Under the pieces are notes generated by a model. The model was given only the letters and a program-made list of their open reading frames with translations. It did no database searches and had not been told where the DNA came from. Made by a program: the position numbers and the translations under genes. DNA of 64,000 nt from Nitrospirales bacterium (lineage in GTDB: Bacteria; Nitrospirota; Nitrospiria; Nitrospirales; UBA8639), in the NCBI GenBank assembly GCA_963422365.1, contig OY729426.1, positions 1,632,001 to 1,696,000 of the forward strand. Direction: 5' to 3'. Positions 48,452 to 58,620 of the stretch are shown here, piece after piece (the first letter of the stretch is position 1; each line of letters starts with the position of its first letter).

Positions 48452-51400
48452 GTGCATGGTGGACGAATTACAATGATCTTTTTTGGTGATACAATGATGT
48501 CGACGATGTTCCTCTCCTTGGCGAATCATTCAGTGAGCAACAACGAAAGTCATCGAAGCCGTTCTCCCCTCCGTGGACTTCTTCTTACCCAGTTCTTTGG
48601 GGCGTTCAATGACAATGCCTGGAAGTTGATGGTCGCGTTGTTGGCCATCAAGCAGTTGTCCTCGCACATGGGCGCAAGCCCAGAATTTCAAGCTGCTGCC
48701 CAAGCCCAAACAACTCTCACCTTTGTCGTCTTCACGTTGCCGCTTGCGCTTGTGTCCGTCGTAGCCGGCGTCTTTGCGGATCGGTTCAGCAAGCGTTCCG
48801 TTATTGTGGTCATGAAGGCCGTCGAAGTGGTGTTGATGGCCTTGGGAACTTGGGCGCTTTACAGCAATCCATCTGGGGGGATCCTCCCGCTTCTGGTGTT
48901 GGGTGGCATGGCGGTGCAAAGTGCGCTCTTTAGTCCGGCGAAGTATGGAATTTTGCCGGAGTTGCTTCCTCACGAACGGTTAGCGATTGGAAACGGGCAA
49001 CTCGAACTCTGGACCTTTTTGGCCATTATTGGCGGAACAGGGACGGGAGGAGTCCTGCTCCAACTATCGGGAACATCTCCTTGGTTGGCGGGCTTGGTGC
49101 TGTTTCTGTTTTCTCTTGCGGGGTTTGCCGCATCGTTCCTGATTCCGGCTGTTCCTCGAGCACGGACGGAAGGAGGAGTGGGTTCCACGCTTCGCGGAGC
49201 CTGGACAGCCGTGCAAGCGGACAGGGTATTACGATTTGGGATTGCAGGAAACGTCGCGTATTGGACCATTGCCAGTTTAGTGGGGCAGGATATATTGGTC
49301 TATGCCACGACGGTTCTGGGATTGTCCGACTCGTTATCCAGTTTGCCGTTGGCAACCTTTGGTATTGGAGTCGGCATCGGCTCGGTGTTGGCGGGAAAGC
49401 TTTCTCACGCCAAAGTTGAGGTGGGTCATATCCCGCTTGGCGCCATTGGATTAACCTTGGGTCTTTGCCTTCTTGGCATCGTGCGTCCTGGATTGATCGG
49501 GACGGTGTGCGGAATGGGATGGTTGGGAATATCCAGTGGGTTCATCGTGGTGCCGATTCATGCGCTCATTCAATGGCGTGCCCCTGAAGATCGACGTGGT
49601 GCGGTCATTGCGTTTAGTAACACCTTTGTATTTGGGGGTGTCCTGGTTGGGTCATTGGCTGCGTGGGGCCTGTCCTCTTTCGGTTTAAGCGCCAGCGGTA
49701 TTCTGGTTGTGTCGGGATTCGGCACGGCGGTCGGGACGGCCTGGTCCATGTGGATTCTGCCGGAAACGTTTATTCGCATGACGCTCTTTCTCTTCACGCA
49801 GACGATCTATCGTCTGCACGTCGTGGGACGGAGTCATGTGCCGGACCGTGGAGGCGCGGTATTGCTGCCGAATCATGTGTCGTTCGTGGATGGGTTGTTG
49901 CTGTTGGCGAGTGTCGATCGTCCCATTCGTTTTGTCGTTGATCGCCACTATTACGAGCATCCACTTTTTCATCGAGCGGCGCGCGTGATGGGTGCAATTC
50001 CTATTGCTTCCCAAGGATCTCCTCGGGAAATTCTTCATTCGCTTCGTGAAGCCGGCCGGCGAATAGACAACGGGGAATTGGTCTGTCTCTTTCCCGAAGG
50101 GCAGATTACCCGTACGGGAGGTCTCCTGTCGTTTCGCCAAGGATTCGAGCGAATCGTCAAGGGTCGGGGAATCCCCGTGATTCCCGTTCATCTCGATCGG
50201 ATCTGGGGCAGCATCTTCAGTTTTATTGGCGGAAAATTTCTGACGAAGTGTCCGGAACGCATTCCCTATCCCGTCACGATTTCTTATGGTGCGCCTATGC
50301 CGTCCACCGCCACGGCCACTGAAGTACGGCAGCGAGTTCAGGAATTGGGCGAAGAAGCTTGGCGCCATCGAAAATCCGATCGGCGGCCACTCCATCATTC
50401 CTTTATTCGTGCGGCTCGTCGCCATCCGCTGCGTGTTGCCTTTGCCGACGTGACTCGGCCCAAGGTCTCGTGTCTGGAATCGCTTGCCGGCGCCATTGCG
50501 TTGGCTCGAGCGCTTCGCCTGGACTGGACGAATCAGGACACCGTGGGCATCTTGTTGCCGCCCAGTGTTGGTGGGGCGTTGGTCAATCTTGCAGCCACGC
50601 TGTCGGGACGGACCGTCGTCAATCTCAATTACACAACCGGGCGAAGTGGAATCGAGTCGGTGGCGAAGCAAGCCGGCCTTGAAACGATCGTGACGAGTCG
50701 AGCGTTTCTTGAAAAGGCCAATCTTGCAATGCCTGAAAACATCAAGATCATTTGGATCGAAGAAGTTCGCAAGACGGTGAGGAGAGCCGAACGGGTGACG
50801 GCATTGGCTCTGGCACTCTTTGGGCCCATCGGAATGGTGGAACGGGGTGTGGGTGCGATCCGTCGTCCGCAGATGGATGATCTCGCGGCGATTATTTTCA
50901 GCAGCGGCAGTACGGGAGAGCCGAAGGGGGTGATGCTCAGTCACTTCAACATTGATTCCAATGTCGAGGGGGTGGCGCAGGTCTTCCACGTCGAACCAAG
51001 CGACCGTGTGCTGGGAATCCTGCCGTTCTTTCATTCTTTTGGATATCTGGCGACGCTTTGGCTGGCCGTCAACCATGGTGTGGGTGTGGTGTATCATCCC
51101 ACGCCGTTGGATGCGGGAGTTCTCGGCGAGCTCATTGAAAAAAAGCGGGTGACGATTCTTATCGTGACGCCGACTTTTCTCCAAGTGTATTGGCGGCGGT
51201 GCATGCCGGACCAATTCGGGTCGGTTCGCGTCATCCTGACCGGGGCTGAGAAATTGTCGGAACGCCTTGCCGATGCATTTGAGGAAAAGTTTGGTATTCG
51301 TCCCATCGAAGGGTACGGGGTGACGGAATGTTCTCCCGTGATTTCCGTGAATTGTCCGGACTTTCGTGCGGCAGGATTTTACCAGTCTGCCTCGCGTCGT

Positions 51401-51964
51401 GAAACAGTCGGTCAGCCTTTGCCGGGCGTATCGGTACGCATCGTCGATCCCGACTCCTTTGACCCCGTACCCGTCGGAGCCCCGGGCATGGCGATCGTCA
51501 AGGGGCCGAATGTCATGCAGGGCTATTTGAACCGTCCCGATCTGACGGCTAAGGCCATGCACGATGGGTGGTACGTGACGGGGGATATTGCCGTCCTCGA
51601 TCAAGACGGATTCCTTGCCATTACGGACCGGCTTTCCCGTTTTGCCAAAATCGGCGGGGAGATGGTGCCGCATGGGAAGGTCGAAGACGCGTTACATCAA
51701 GCCGCCGAGGCAGACATGCAGGTGTTTGCCGTGACCGCTATTCCTGATGAAAAAAAAGGTGAACAATTGGCCGTGCTGCATACGCTCGACGAAGCCGTCA
51801 TTCCCGGTCTGCTGGAAAAAGTCGCAGGGAGCGGTTTGCCGAATTTATTCATCCCGCGAAAAGACGCCTTCATCAAGGTTGATCGGCTTCCAGTGCTCGG
51901 GACGGGAAAGTTGGACCTCCGTGCCCTGAAACGAGTGGCGTTAGACCAGTTATCAGCCGGTTAG
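48452..51964 (+). CDS. aas: Aas-like MFS / acyltransferase / acyl-ACP synthetase fusion
   Basis: TQFFGAFNDN MFS, NHVSFVD and FPEG acyltransferase, FSSGSTGEPKG AMP-binding; start uncertain. Confidence 0.85.
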   Translation: MHGGRITMIFFGDTMMSTMFLSLANHSVSNNESHRSRSPLRGLLLTQFFGAFNDNAWKLMVALLAIKQLSSHMGASPEFQAAAQAQTTLTFVVFTLPLALVSVVAGVFADRFSKRSVIVVMKAVEVVLMALGTWALYSNPSGGILPLLVLGGMAVQSALFSPAKYGILPELLPHERLAIGNGQLELWTFLAIIGGTGTGGVLLQLSGTSPWLAGLVLFLFSLAGFAASFLIPAVPRARTEGGVGSTLRGAWTAVQADRVLRFGIAGNVAYWTIASLVGQDILVYATTVLGLSDSLSSLPLATFGIGVGIGSVLAGKLSHAKVEVGHIPLGAIGLTLGLCLLGIVRPGLIGTVCGMGWLGISSGFIVVPIHALIQWRAPEDRRGAVIAFSNTFVFGGVLVGSLAAWGLSSFGLSASGILVVSGFGTAVGTAWSMWILPETFIRMTLFLFTQTIYRLHVVGRSHVPDRGGAVLLPNHVSFVDGLLLLASVDRPIRFVVDRHYYEHPLFHRAARVMGAIPIASQGSPREILHSLREAGRRIDNGELVCLFPEGQITRTGGLLSFRQGFERIVKGRGIPVIPVHLDRIWGSIFSFIGGKFLTKCPERIPYPVTISYGAPMPSTATATEVRQRVQELGEEAWRHRKSDRRPLHHSFIRAARRHPLRVAFADVTRPKVSCLESLAGAIALARALRLDWTNQDTVGILLPPSVGGALVNLAATLSGRTVVNLNYTTGRSGIESVAKQAGLETIVTSRAFLEKANLAMPENIKIIWIEEVRKTVRRAERVTALALALFGPIGMVERGVGAIRRPQMDDLAAIIFSSGSTGEPKGVMLSHFNIDSNVEGVAQVFHVEPSDRVLGILPFFHSFGYLATLWLAVNHGVGVVYHPTPLDAGVLGELIEKKRVTILIVTPTFLQVYWRRCMPDQFGSVRVILTGAEKLSERLADAFEEKFGIRPIEGYGVTECSPVISVNCPDFRAAGFYQSASRRETVGQPLPGVSVRIVDPDSFDPVPVGAPGMAIVKGPNVMQGYLNRPDLTAKAMHDGWYVTGDIAVLDQDGFLAITDRLSRFAKIGGEMVPHGKVEDALHQAAEADMQVFAVTAIPDEKKGEQLAVLHTLDEAVIPGLLEKVAGSGLPNLFIPRKDAFIKVDRLPVLGTGKLDLRALKRVALDQLSAG

Positions 51965-52029
51965 CTTGGCGTCATCGGTGTCCCCAAACGGCATGATCGA
52001 CCCATCTGACACAACGCCGTCTTCGAAGA

Positions 52030-52970
52030 ACATCGGTCGATTGTCATGTGCATCTGGCGGCGCTCCCCGAAGGGAAAAACGGCCGTTACCTTTCCTCAAA
52101 ACTGTTGCGGAGCCCACTGCTCAAGTTTTGGGTGTGGAAATGGGCTGGATGTGAAGAATCCGCGCGACGCCAACCAAAAGTATGTGGAGGATTTGCGCAA
52201 TGAGCTGCAGCAGTCTCTGTACGTAGGGAAAGTGGTCCTGTTAGGAATGGATGGGGTCTATGACAGCAGTGGGAAATTGGATCAGTCGGCAACCGAATGG
52301 TTGGTGGGGAACGAGTCTGTCCTGCAACGGGCTGAACAGTCCCCCATACGTTTTTGGCTGGTGTGTCCATCAATCCGCAACGACGTGATGCGATCAAGGA
52401 ATGGTACCGATGTGTCAACAGAGGGGCGGCGTTGGGCAAAGTTCTTCCGAATGTTCAGCAATTTGATCCGGCCAACACACCCGACACCGCCTTTTATCGG
52501 GCGATGGCCAAACGGCGGATGCCTTTGCTGAGTCACGTGGGTTATGAATTGAGTTTGATCGGCAAAGATCAATCCGTCGGTGATCCGAACCGGCTCCGGA
52601 TGGTCTTGGATGCAGGCGTCACGGTGATCGCCGCCCATGCCTGTAGCGACGGGTTGATGTTCTATGAAAAAGTTTATCCCACATTGTTGGATTCGGTGGA
52701 GACGTCCCCAAACTTCTCTGCGTATATTTCCGCGCTGACGCTGCCCAATCGCTTCAAGATGCTTCTGGCTTGCGGGAGCACCCGAAGTGCGTCATCGCCT
52801 TCTGTTTGGAACGGATTATCCGCTGTCGGTCTTTCACCTGCCGGCTTGGGGCCGTATCGGGATGGGACAGGTATTGGACATCAGGAACACGACGAATCGG
52901 TTTGATCGGCAGGTCAAGGTGTGTGAGTCGTTAGGCATTCGATTCCATTCCTTCCGAGCCGATCGTCGGG
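52030..52970 (+). pseudogene. Amidohydrolase family pseudogene
   Basis: DCHVHL, GVSINP, SHVG, IAAH, LLFGTDYP motifs spread over different frames (at least 3 frameshifts). Confidence 0.8.
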
Positions 52971-53007
52971 TTCTGAATGCCAGGGTGTTTTGCTTGCCTG
53001 CAACGAA

Positions 53008-53328
53008 TCAGGCCAATTGTGGGCGTTCACTTCCGCAGTTCCAGCACGAGGTGAAATCTTTCTCGTGTGACTCTCCGCAACGGACGCAGGCCCAGTCTGT
53101 CGATTCATAGGGTCTGGCGGTGCGCCAATTTTCTAGAAATTGTTGAGCCGCGGTATAGTCGGCGTTGTCCAGCACCCAGAGTTCGGGAAAGACTTCGGCG
53201 AAAGGGACTTCTCCGGCTAAGGAGGAGCCGTGTTGGTTGTTGATCCAAGATTGGATGCCCGTTTGATCGAGCATACCTTTGAGCGATTCAACTTCGACGA
53301 GGTTCGGTGAAACAAATAATTTCTGCAT
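53008..53328 (-). CDS. DUF2007-like protein with C-terminal zinc ribbon
   Basis: LAGEVPF.E..PELWV, WACVRCGE..E..F..CWNCG. Confidence 0.8.
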   Translation of the reverse strand: MQKLFVSPNLVEVESLKGMLDQTGIQSWINNQHGSSLAGEVPFAEVFPELWVLDNADYTAAQQFLENWRTARPYESTDWACVRCGESHEKDFTSCWNCGSERPQLA

Positions 53329-53366
53329 GGTGACTAGATCGGCGGGAGCCTGTATGCAGGAGAATC

Positions 53367-53672
53367 TTAGGGGTACAAGATGAGCGTAAGACCTATCAGT
53401 GAGAGGACAAAGGCGACCATGCTGATGATCAGGGTTCGCCGAAGGATCGTTTGCAGGGAATCGACTTGTCTCGTCAGTTTCTCGATGAGTTCAGGCTGTT
53501 GCGTGAATTGATGCTCAAGTTTCAGAATGCGTGCCTCGAAAGGCTCTTCTCGTGATTGAGGCTCTGCCTGTTGCTTGTTGAGGGTCGCAACAGTGGAGAC
53601 AATGTCGGGAATGCTGGGGGCGACCAGTTTAAGCAAAAACTTGGCGATGGGCCACGCAACAGGCATGCTCAA
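53367..53672 (-). CDS. Hypothetical coiled-coil membrane protein
   Basis: Coiled coil followed by a C-terminal TM helix. Confidence 0.55.
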   Translation of the reverse strand: MSMPVAWPIAKFLLKLVAPSIPDIVSTVATLNKQQAEPQSREEPFEARILKLEHQFTQQPELIEKLTRQVDSLQTILRRTLIISMVAFVLSLIGLTLILYP

Positions 53673-53710
53673 TCTTATCGTTCTTCCAGAAAAAAGAGAA
53701 GGGGTTTTTC

Positions 53711-55033
53711 TTATAACCGTGTCGCCAGTCGGCGGACCAATTGGCGTTCGTCAGCTTCGGTTTCCACTTCTTTATTTAATCGTGCATCCACAAGGCGGTC
53801 CAACATTTTTTGGTAGACAGGACCAGGTTGCAATCCCATCGCTTTGAAGTCTTTTCCGTTTAAGATCGGGGTTACCTGTCGATAGACGGTGAACAGGGTA
53901 GAAATTTTTTGTTTTCCCTGCTCTGATTGGGTTTTGGCCATAAGAAACACAAGCGTCTCGTCCGGGAGATTGCAGAGCATCCGGAACGTCTCGGATGGTT
54001 TGATCGTTGTTCCTTGGTTGAGGGTCCGTAACAGGCGAGCCCCTTCTTGGGCGACCCATAACATGGATTGGATCTGACGCCGAGGAAACGTCAACCGGGT
54101 TAGTGCTTCTTCTACGGCTGATTGGGGAAGCGCATCCATCAAGGCCATGCTATAGACGACCCATGGATACATGGGTCGATCAAGAGAGAGTCGGGTATAC
54201 CATTTGACGGCTTTTTCGGCTGCGTTCAGGAGTCGAGCAAGTCCGGGAGACCATTGCAGTTGCGGGTGAATGAATTGAAGCAGGTTGAAGTCTGCCAGTC
54301 TGGCAAGCACTTTGCCGGGCTCACGTTCTGATAACACGTGAAGAAGTTCATCCGAGAGTCGAGACGGGGAGAGGTGGTGCACGATGTCCATTTTCACCGC
54401 TTCTTTCATCAGGACGGCCGTGTCTTGGCCAAGTTGAAACCCCAGGCGTTGCTCGAACCGAATGGCGCGAAACACGCGAGTCGGATCTTCTATGAAGCTG
54501 AGATGATGCAGCACGCGAATGGTTTTATCGTGCAAATCTCGTTGGCCGCCGTGAAGATCTACCAATTCACCGAAACGAGAGGCATTGAGCCGGATCGCCA
54601 GGGTGTTGATCGTGAAGTCCCGTCGGTAGACGTCTTTCTTGATCGAACTCTGTTTCACCGTTGGGAGTGCGGCCGGATGGTCATAAGATTCCGTTCGAGC
54701 CGTGGCAATGTCGAGTGTGTGCCCATCCGCGAACGTCACGGTGGCGGTGCCGAATCGTTCATGGATTTTGACGCGGGCCTTGTATGGTTGGGCGAAGGCT
54801 TTCGCAAAACGAATCCCATTGCCTTCGACGACCAGATCGACATCGAAACTCGGTGTGGCGAGCAAGAGGTCGCGGACAAACCCTCCGACCGCGTACACGG
54901 AACTCCGATGCCGGTCAGCCATCTCTCCCGCGTGTTGGAAGAGAGAGAAAAGGTGTCCGGGCAATCGGGCCTTCATGAGGGAATGAAGGCGGCGGCGGTG
55001 TTTCCGGGATCTGGGTTGCGGTGGCCGGGTCAC
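53711..55033 (-). CDS. tRNA nucleotidyltransferase (class II, CCA- or A-adding type)
   Basis: VGGFVRDLLL...DVD, TARTE.Y..PAALP, RRDFTIN, EDPTR..RA.RF. Confidence 0.88.
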   Translation of the reverse strand: MTRPPQPRSRKHRRRLHSLMKARLPGHLFSLFQHAGEMADRHRSSVYAVGGFVRDLLLATPSFDVDLVVEGNGIRFAKAFAQPYKARVKIHERFGTATVTFADGHTLDIATARTESYDHPAALPTVKQSSIKKDVYRRDFTINTLAIRLNASRFGELVDLHGGQRDLHDKTIRVLHHLSFIEDPTRVFRAIRFEQRLGFQLGQDTAVLMKEAVKMDIVHHLSPSRLSDELLHVLSEREPGKVLARLADFNLLQFIHPQLQWSPGLARLLNAAEKAVKWYTRLSLDRPMYPWVVYSMALMDALPQSAVEEALTRLTFPRRQIQSMLWVAQEGARLLRTLNQGTTIKPSETFRMLCNLPDETLVFLMAKTQSEQGKQKISTLFTVYRQVTPILNGKDFKAMGLQPGPVYQKMLDRLVDARLNKEVETEADERQLVRRLATRL

Positions 55034-55084
55034 ATGCGTTGTGATAGGTCAAGGTCGGGCTTCACCCGAGTGGTCAGAGCGTGA

Positions 55085-56905
55085 TTAGCTCCCAGAACCT
55101 AAAACCCGGTTGAGGTTAAACGCCGAGCTGATCAACGCCAAGTGCGTAAATGCTTGCGGGAAGTTCCCTAGGCCCTCGCCATGATGTCCCGTCTCTTCGG
55201 CATAGAGTCCAAGGTGATTGGCATAGCCCAGCATTTGCTCAAACGTCAGTCGTGCCTCATCGATCTGCCCCGCGCGGGTGAGCGCTTCGACTAACCAAAA
55301 CGTACAAATGTTGAAGGTGCCTTCTTCGCCGTTGAGCCCATCCTCTGTTTCGTTGATGTTGTACCGATACACCAAGGCATTGGCGACTAATCCCCCTTTC
55401 TCCGGAGACTTGTTGATCGCTTCCAGGGTCCTGAGCATCCGGGGATCAGTCGGGGAGACAAAAAAGACCAAAGGCATCATGAGGTTCGCCGCGTCAAGGC
55501 TTTCGCCGCCATACCGTTGGACGAAGGCTTTTCGGGTCTCACTCCATCCTTTTGCCATGATTTCTTCATAAATGGTATCGCGGACTTTCAGCCACCGATC
55601 ACGATCCGCGGGAAATGAGCGTCTGTCGGCGAGGCGCAGGCCTCGGTCGATGGCGACCCAGCACATGAGTTTCGAATACAGGAAATGTTGCTGGCCGCCC
55701 CGAATTTCCCAAAGCCCTTCATCCGGACGCATCCAGTTGTCGCATACCCAGTTCACCAAACGGCGTAAATGTCTCCAGAGGTCGTAGGAAATCGGAGTGC
55801 CGTATTTGTTGTAGAGATACACCGAATCCAACAATTCGCCGTAAATATCCAATTGGAGTTGATTGTAGGCGCCGTTTCCGATGCGAACGGGGCGAGATCC
55901 CTTATACCCGTCGAGATGAGACAAGGTTGCTTCCTGCAATGCATGTCGACCATCGATGCCATACATGATTTGCAACGACCCATCAGGCTTGAGTTCATGG
56001 CAGCGGGCTTCGAGCCAGTGCATGAATTGTTCCGCTTCTTTCGTGAACCCAATGCGCAAGAAGGCATAGATGGTAAAAGCCGCGTCACGAATCCACGTGT
56101 AACGATAATCCCAATTGCGTTCTCCTCCGATGCCTTCCGGCAAGCTACACGTCGGAGCGGCGACAATCGCTCCTGTCGGCTCAAAGGTGAGCAGTTTGAG
56201 GGTCAAAGCCGAGCGTTGCACCATTTCGCGCCAGCGACCTCGATAGGTACACTGAGAAAGCCATTGTCGCCAGTAGGCTACGGTCTGGCGAAAGAGTTCG
56301 TCGGCCTGGTCTTCAGAGAGGGCCACGCAACAGGCATCGGTCTGCTCGACTTGTTGCAGGGAAAAACTCAATTCGTGACCCTCTTGGATCGCAAATTCAG
56401 CGACAACGCCGTCGCCTTCTTGTGTTAAGGGAATCGTCGATCCCAACCACAGGCTCAGATCCGTGGCTTCGAAACAGGCGCCGTCGGGGGTAAGGGTTGT
56501 TGTGTGTGGGGCTTGAGCGTAAGTGAATGCAGGGAAACACTCCAAGTGAAACGTCAAAGTGCCGCGAATCGCTTGTACGCGGCGAATGATTCCATGATAA
56601 CCCGGTGCAGTTGCCTTAAGACCAACCGGCATAAAGTCGATGACTTGTCCCACTCCTTGTTTAGAAAGAAATCGAGTGACCAGCACATTCGTATCCGGCC
56701 AGTAATACTGCCTGTGCGTGGCTCCATTCCCTTGGGCCGCAATCTTAAACCGCCCACCTTTGCGATCATCCAAGACGGCGCCGAATACGCTTGGTGAATC
56801 GAAGTAAGGAAAACAGAACCAATCGATCGATCCATTCACGCCCACCAACGCACTGGTTCGCATATTGCCGATCAAGCCGTAATTTTCAATCGGGAGGTAG
56901 GGCAT
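55085..56905 (-). CDS. Glycoside hydrolase family 15 (glucoamylase/trehalase-like)
   Basis: [43 protein letters not shown]. Confidence 0.93.
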   Translation of the reverse strand: MPYLPIENYGLIGNMRTSALVGVNGSIDWFCFPYFDSPSVFGAVLDDRKGGRFKIAAQGNGATHRQYYWPDTNVLVTRFLSKQGVGQVIDFMPVGLKATAPGYHGIIRRVQAIRGTLTFHLECFPAFTYAQAPHTTTLTPDGACFEATDLSLWLGSTIPLTQEGDGVVAEFAIQEGHELSFSLQQVEQTDACCVALSEDQADELFRQTVAYWRQWLSQCTYRGRWREMVQRSALTLKLLTFEPTGAIVAAPTCSLPEGIGGERNWDYRYTWIRDAAFTIYAFLRIGFTKEAEQFMHWLEARCHELKPDGSLQIMYGIDGRHALQEATLSHLDGYKGSRPVRIGNGAYNQLQLDIYGELLDSVYLYNKYGTPISYDLWRHLRRLVNWVCDNWMRPDEGLWEIRGGQQHFLYSKLMCWVAIDRGLRLADRRSFPADRDRWLKVRDTIYEEIMAKGWSETRKAFVQRYGGESLDAANLMMPLVFFVSPTDPRMLRTLEAINKSPEKGGLVANALVYRYNINETEDGLNGEEGTFNICTFWLVEALTRAGQIDEARLTFEQMLGYANHLGLYAEETGHHGEGLGNFPQAFTHLALISSAFNLNRVLGSGS

Positions 56906-57231
56906 AGGTTACTCTTGATAAGAATTCCCAGGATGATTCATCGTGTCCATTGATTCGGTTATTGGTTTTTCTGTCGGGATCCGGAGAGCGGCAGTCGAGC
57001 CCTTACTATTGGGAGTCGGTTTACCCAAGACGGGTAACAGGTATTCAAGCAGAAAATCAAATCTTTTCTGCCTGGCGGGTTCCGGGCGGGTGAATAGGCT
57101 GAACGTCACGCCATCCTGACGCCACAGATTAGCCTGCTTCTTTGCATACGGTACCCGTCTGGTTTAAGCTTTTTCTTGACGGACTTAAGGAAAAATTTTG
57201 ATAAATTATCCATCAGCTAAGGGCGAAACCC

Positions 57232-58515
57232 ATGTCGAGTGAGCAGAAGCCGAAACCCTCGGCCACAGACTGGCCAAAAGCTGCGATTGTCACCACACGG
57301 CCTAAAGATCCACCGACGCGTCGAGCCTTTTTAGTCGGAGCCACGTCGGTTTTGGGGACGGCTGCAGCGCATGTCGTGCTCTCGCCTTTCCTGGGACATG
57401 CTGCAGATGTTCCCGGCGATCCCAGCCGAGTGCCAGGAACTCAAGCTACGGAATATGGGCAACGCTCGCAATTCGAACATGCTAAGCGGTTAACCAAGCC
57501 ACAGCGATCAAAAACCCCCTTACAAGACTTGCATGGCATCATGACCCCTTCGGCCTTACATTTTGAACGCCATCATAATGGCGTGCCCCTCATCGATCCC
57601 ACGAGGCATCGCCTCTTGATCCATGGCCTGGTGGAACGGCCACTGCTCTTTACCATCGATGAGTTGAAACGGTTTCCCGTGACCTCACGGATTGTTTTTG
57701 TCGAGTGTTCGGGAAATAGCGGGAACGAATGGAAAGGGCCAACGGGCAAGACCGCTCAAGAGATCCATGGCCTGACCAGTACCAGTGAGTGGACGGGCGT
57801 TCGACTGTCGACGGTATTAGCGGAAGCCGGTCTACCCCCCGGAGCAACCTGGATGTTAGCCGAGGGCAGCGATGCTGCTGTGATGACGCGGAGTATCCCG
57901 TTGGAACGGGTTCTGGATGAAGCCCTGTTGTGCTATGCGCAGAACGGGGAACCACTTCGTCCGGAGCAAGGATATCCCCTGCGGCTGTTGTTGCCGGGGC
58001 TGGAAGGCAATATGTGCATTAAATGGTTGCGACGCCTGAAGCTTGTTTCCGCACCAGTGATGACTCGCGAAGAAACTTCGAAATACACCGACTTGATGCC
58101 GGATGGGACCGCGCGTCAGTTCACCTTTGACATGGAAGCGAAGTCGGTAATCATGGCGCCGTCCGGAGGGCATCGCTTACAAGAGTCGGGCTATGTGGAA
58201 ATCCGGGGTTTAGCGTGGAGTGGACGAGGACGAGTCGAAAAAGTGGAGGTGAGTGCGGATGGGGGAAAAAGTTGGCGAACTGCAGCGTTACAAGCCCCGG
58301 TTCTGCCGAAATGCCACACCAGATTTTGTCTCGATTGGTGGTGGGATCGCCAAGAAGTCATTCTCCAAAGCCGCTGTACCGATGAAACAGGGTATCGGCA
58401 ACCGACGCGTCAAGATCTGGTTGCTGTCCGTGGCACCAATTCGTACTACCATTATAATGCCATCCAGAGCTGGAAGATCGACGAAGAGGGGAGTGTGCAG
58501 AATGTGCAGGTATGA
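57232..58515 (+). CDS. soxC: Molybdopterin sulfite/sulfane dehydrogenase SoxC
   Basis: Tat motif TRRAFL, LHFERHH, ECSGN, EQGYPLRL, KWLRR, YHYNAIQSW. Confidence 0.9.
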   Translation: MSSEQKPKPSATDWPKAAIVTTRPKDPPTRRAFLVGATSVLGTAAAHVVLSPFLGHAADVPGDPSRVPGTQATEYGQRSQFEHAKRLTKPQRSKTPLQDLHGIMTPSALHFERHHNGVPLIDPTRHRLLIHGLVERPLLFTIDELKRFPVTSRIVFVECSGNSGNEWKGPTGKTAQEIHGLTSTSEWTGVRLSTVLAEAGLPPGATWMLAEGSDAAVMTRSIPLERVLDEALLCYAQNGEPLRPEQGYPLRLLLPGLEGNMCIKWLRRLKLVSAPVMTREETSKYTDLMPDGTARQFTFDMEAKSVIMAPSGGHRLQESGYVEIRGLAWSGRGRVEKVEVSADGGKSWRTAALQAPVLPKCHTRFCLDWWWDRQEVILQSRCTDETGYRQPTRQDLVAVRGTNSYYHYNAIQSWKIDEEGSVQNVQV

Positions 58516-58620
58516 TGGATGCGCAATCCTCTTTCTGTTTTTGCAGGGGCTCACATCGTATGCTGCCCCGAATGCCACATATGGAGTGGCCGTGAAAGGT
58601 ACGACAAGGAGGAACAACTG

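Noticed and set aside
49685..51673. 662-aa ORF antisense to aas (and similar antisense ORFs elsewhere)
   Set aside because: Entirely overlaps a well-supported gene on the other strand and has no recognisable motifs.
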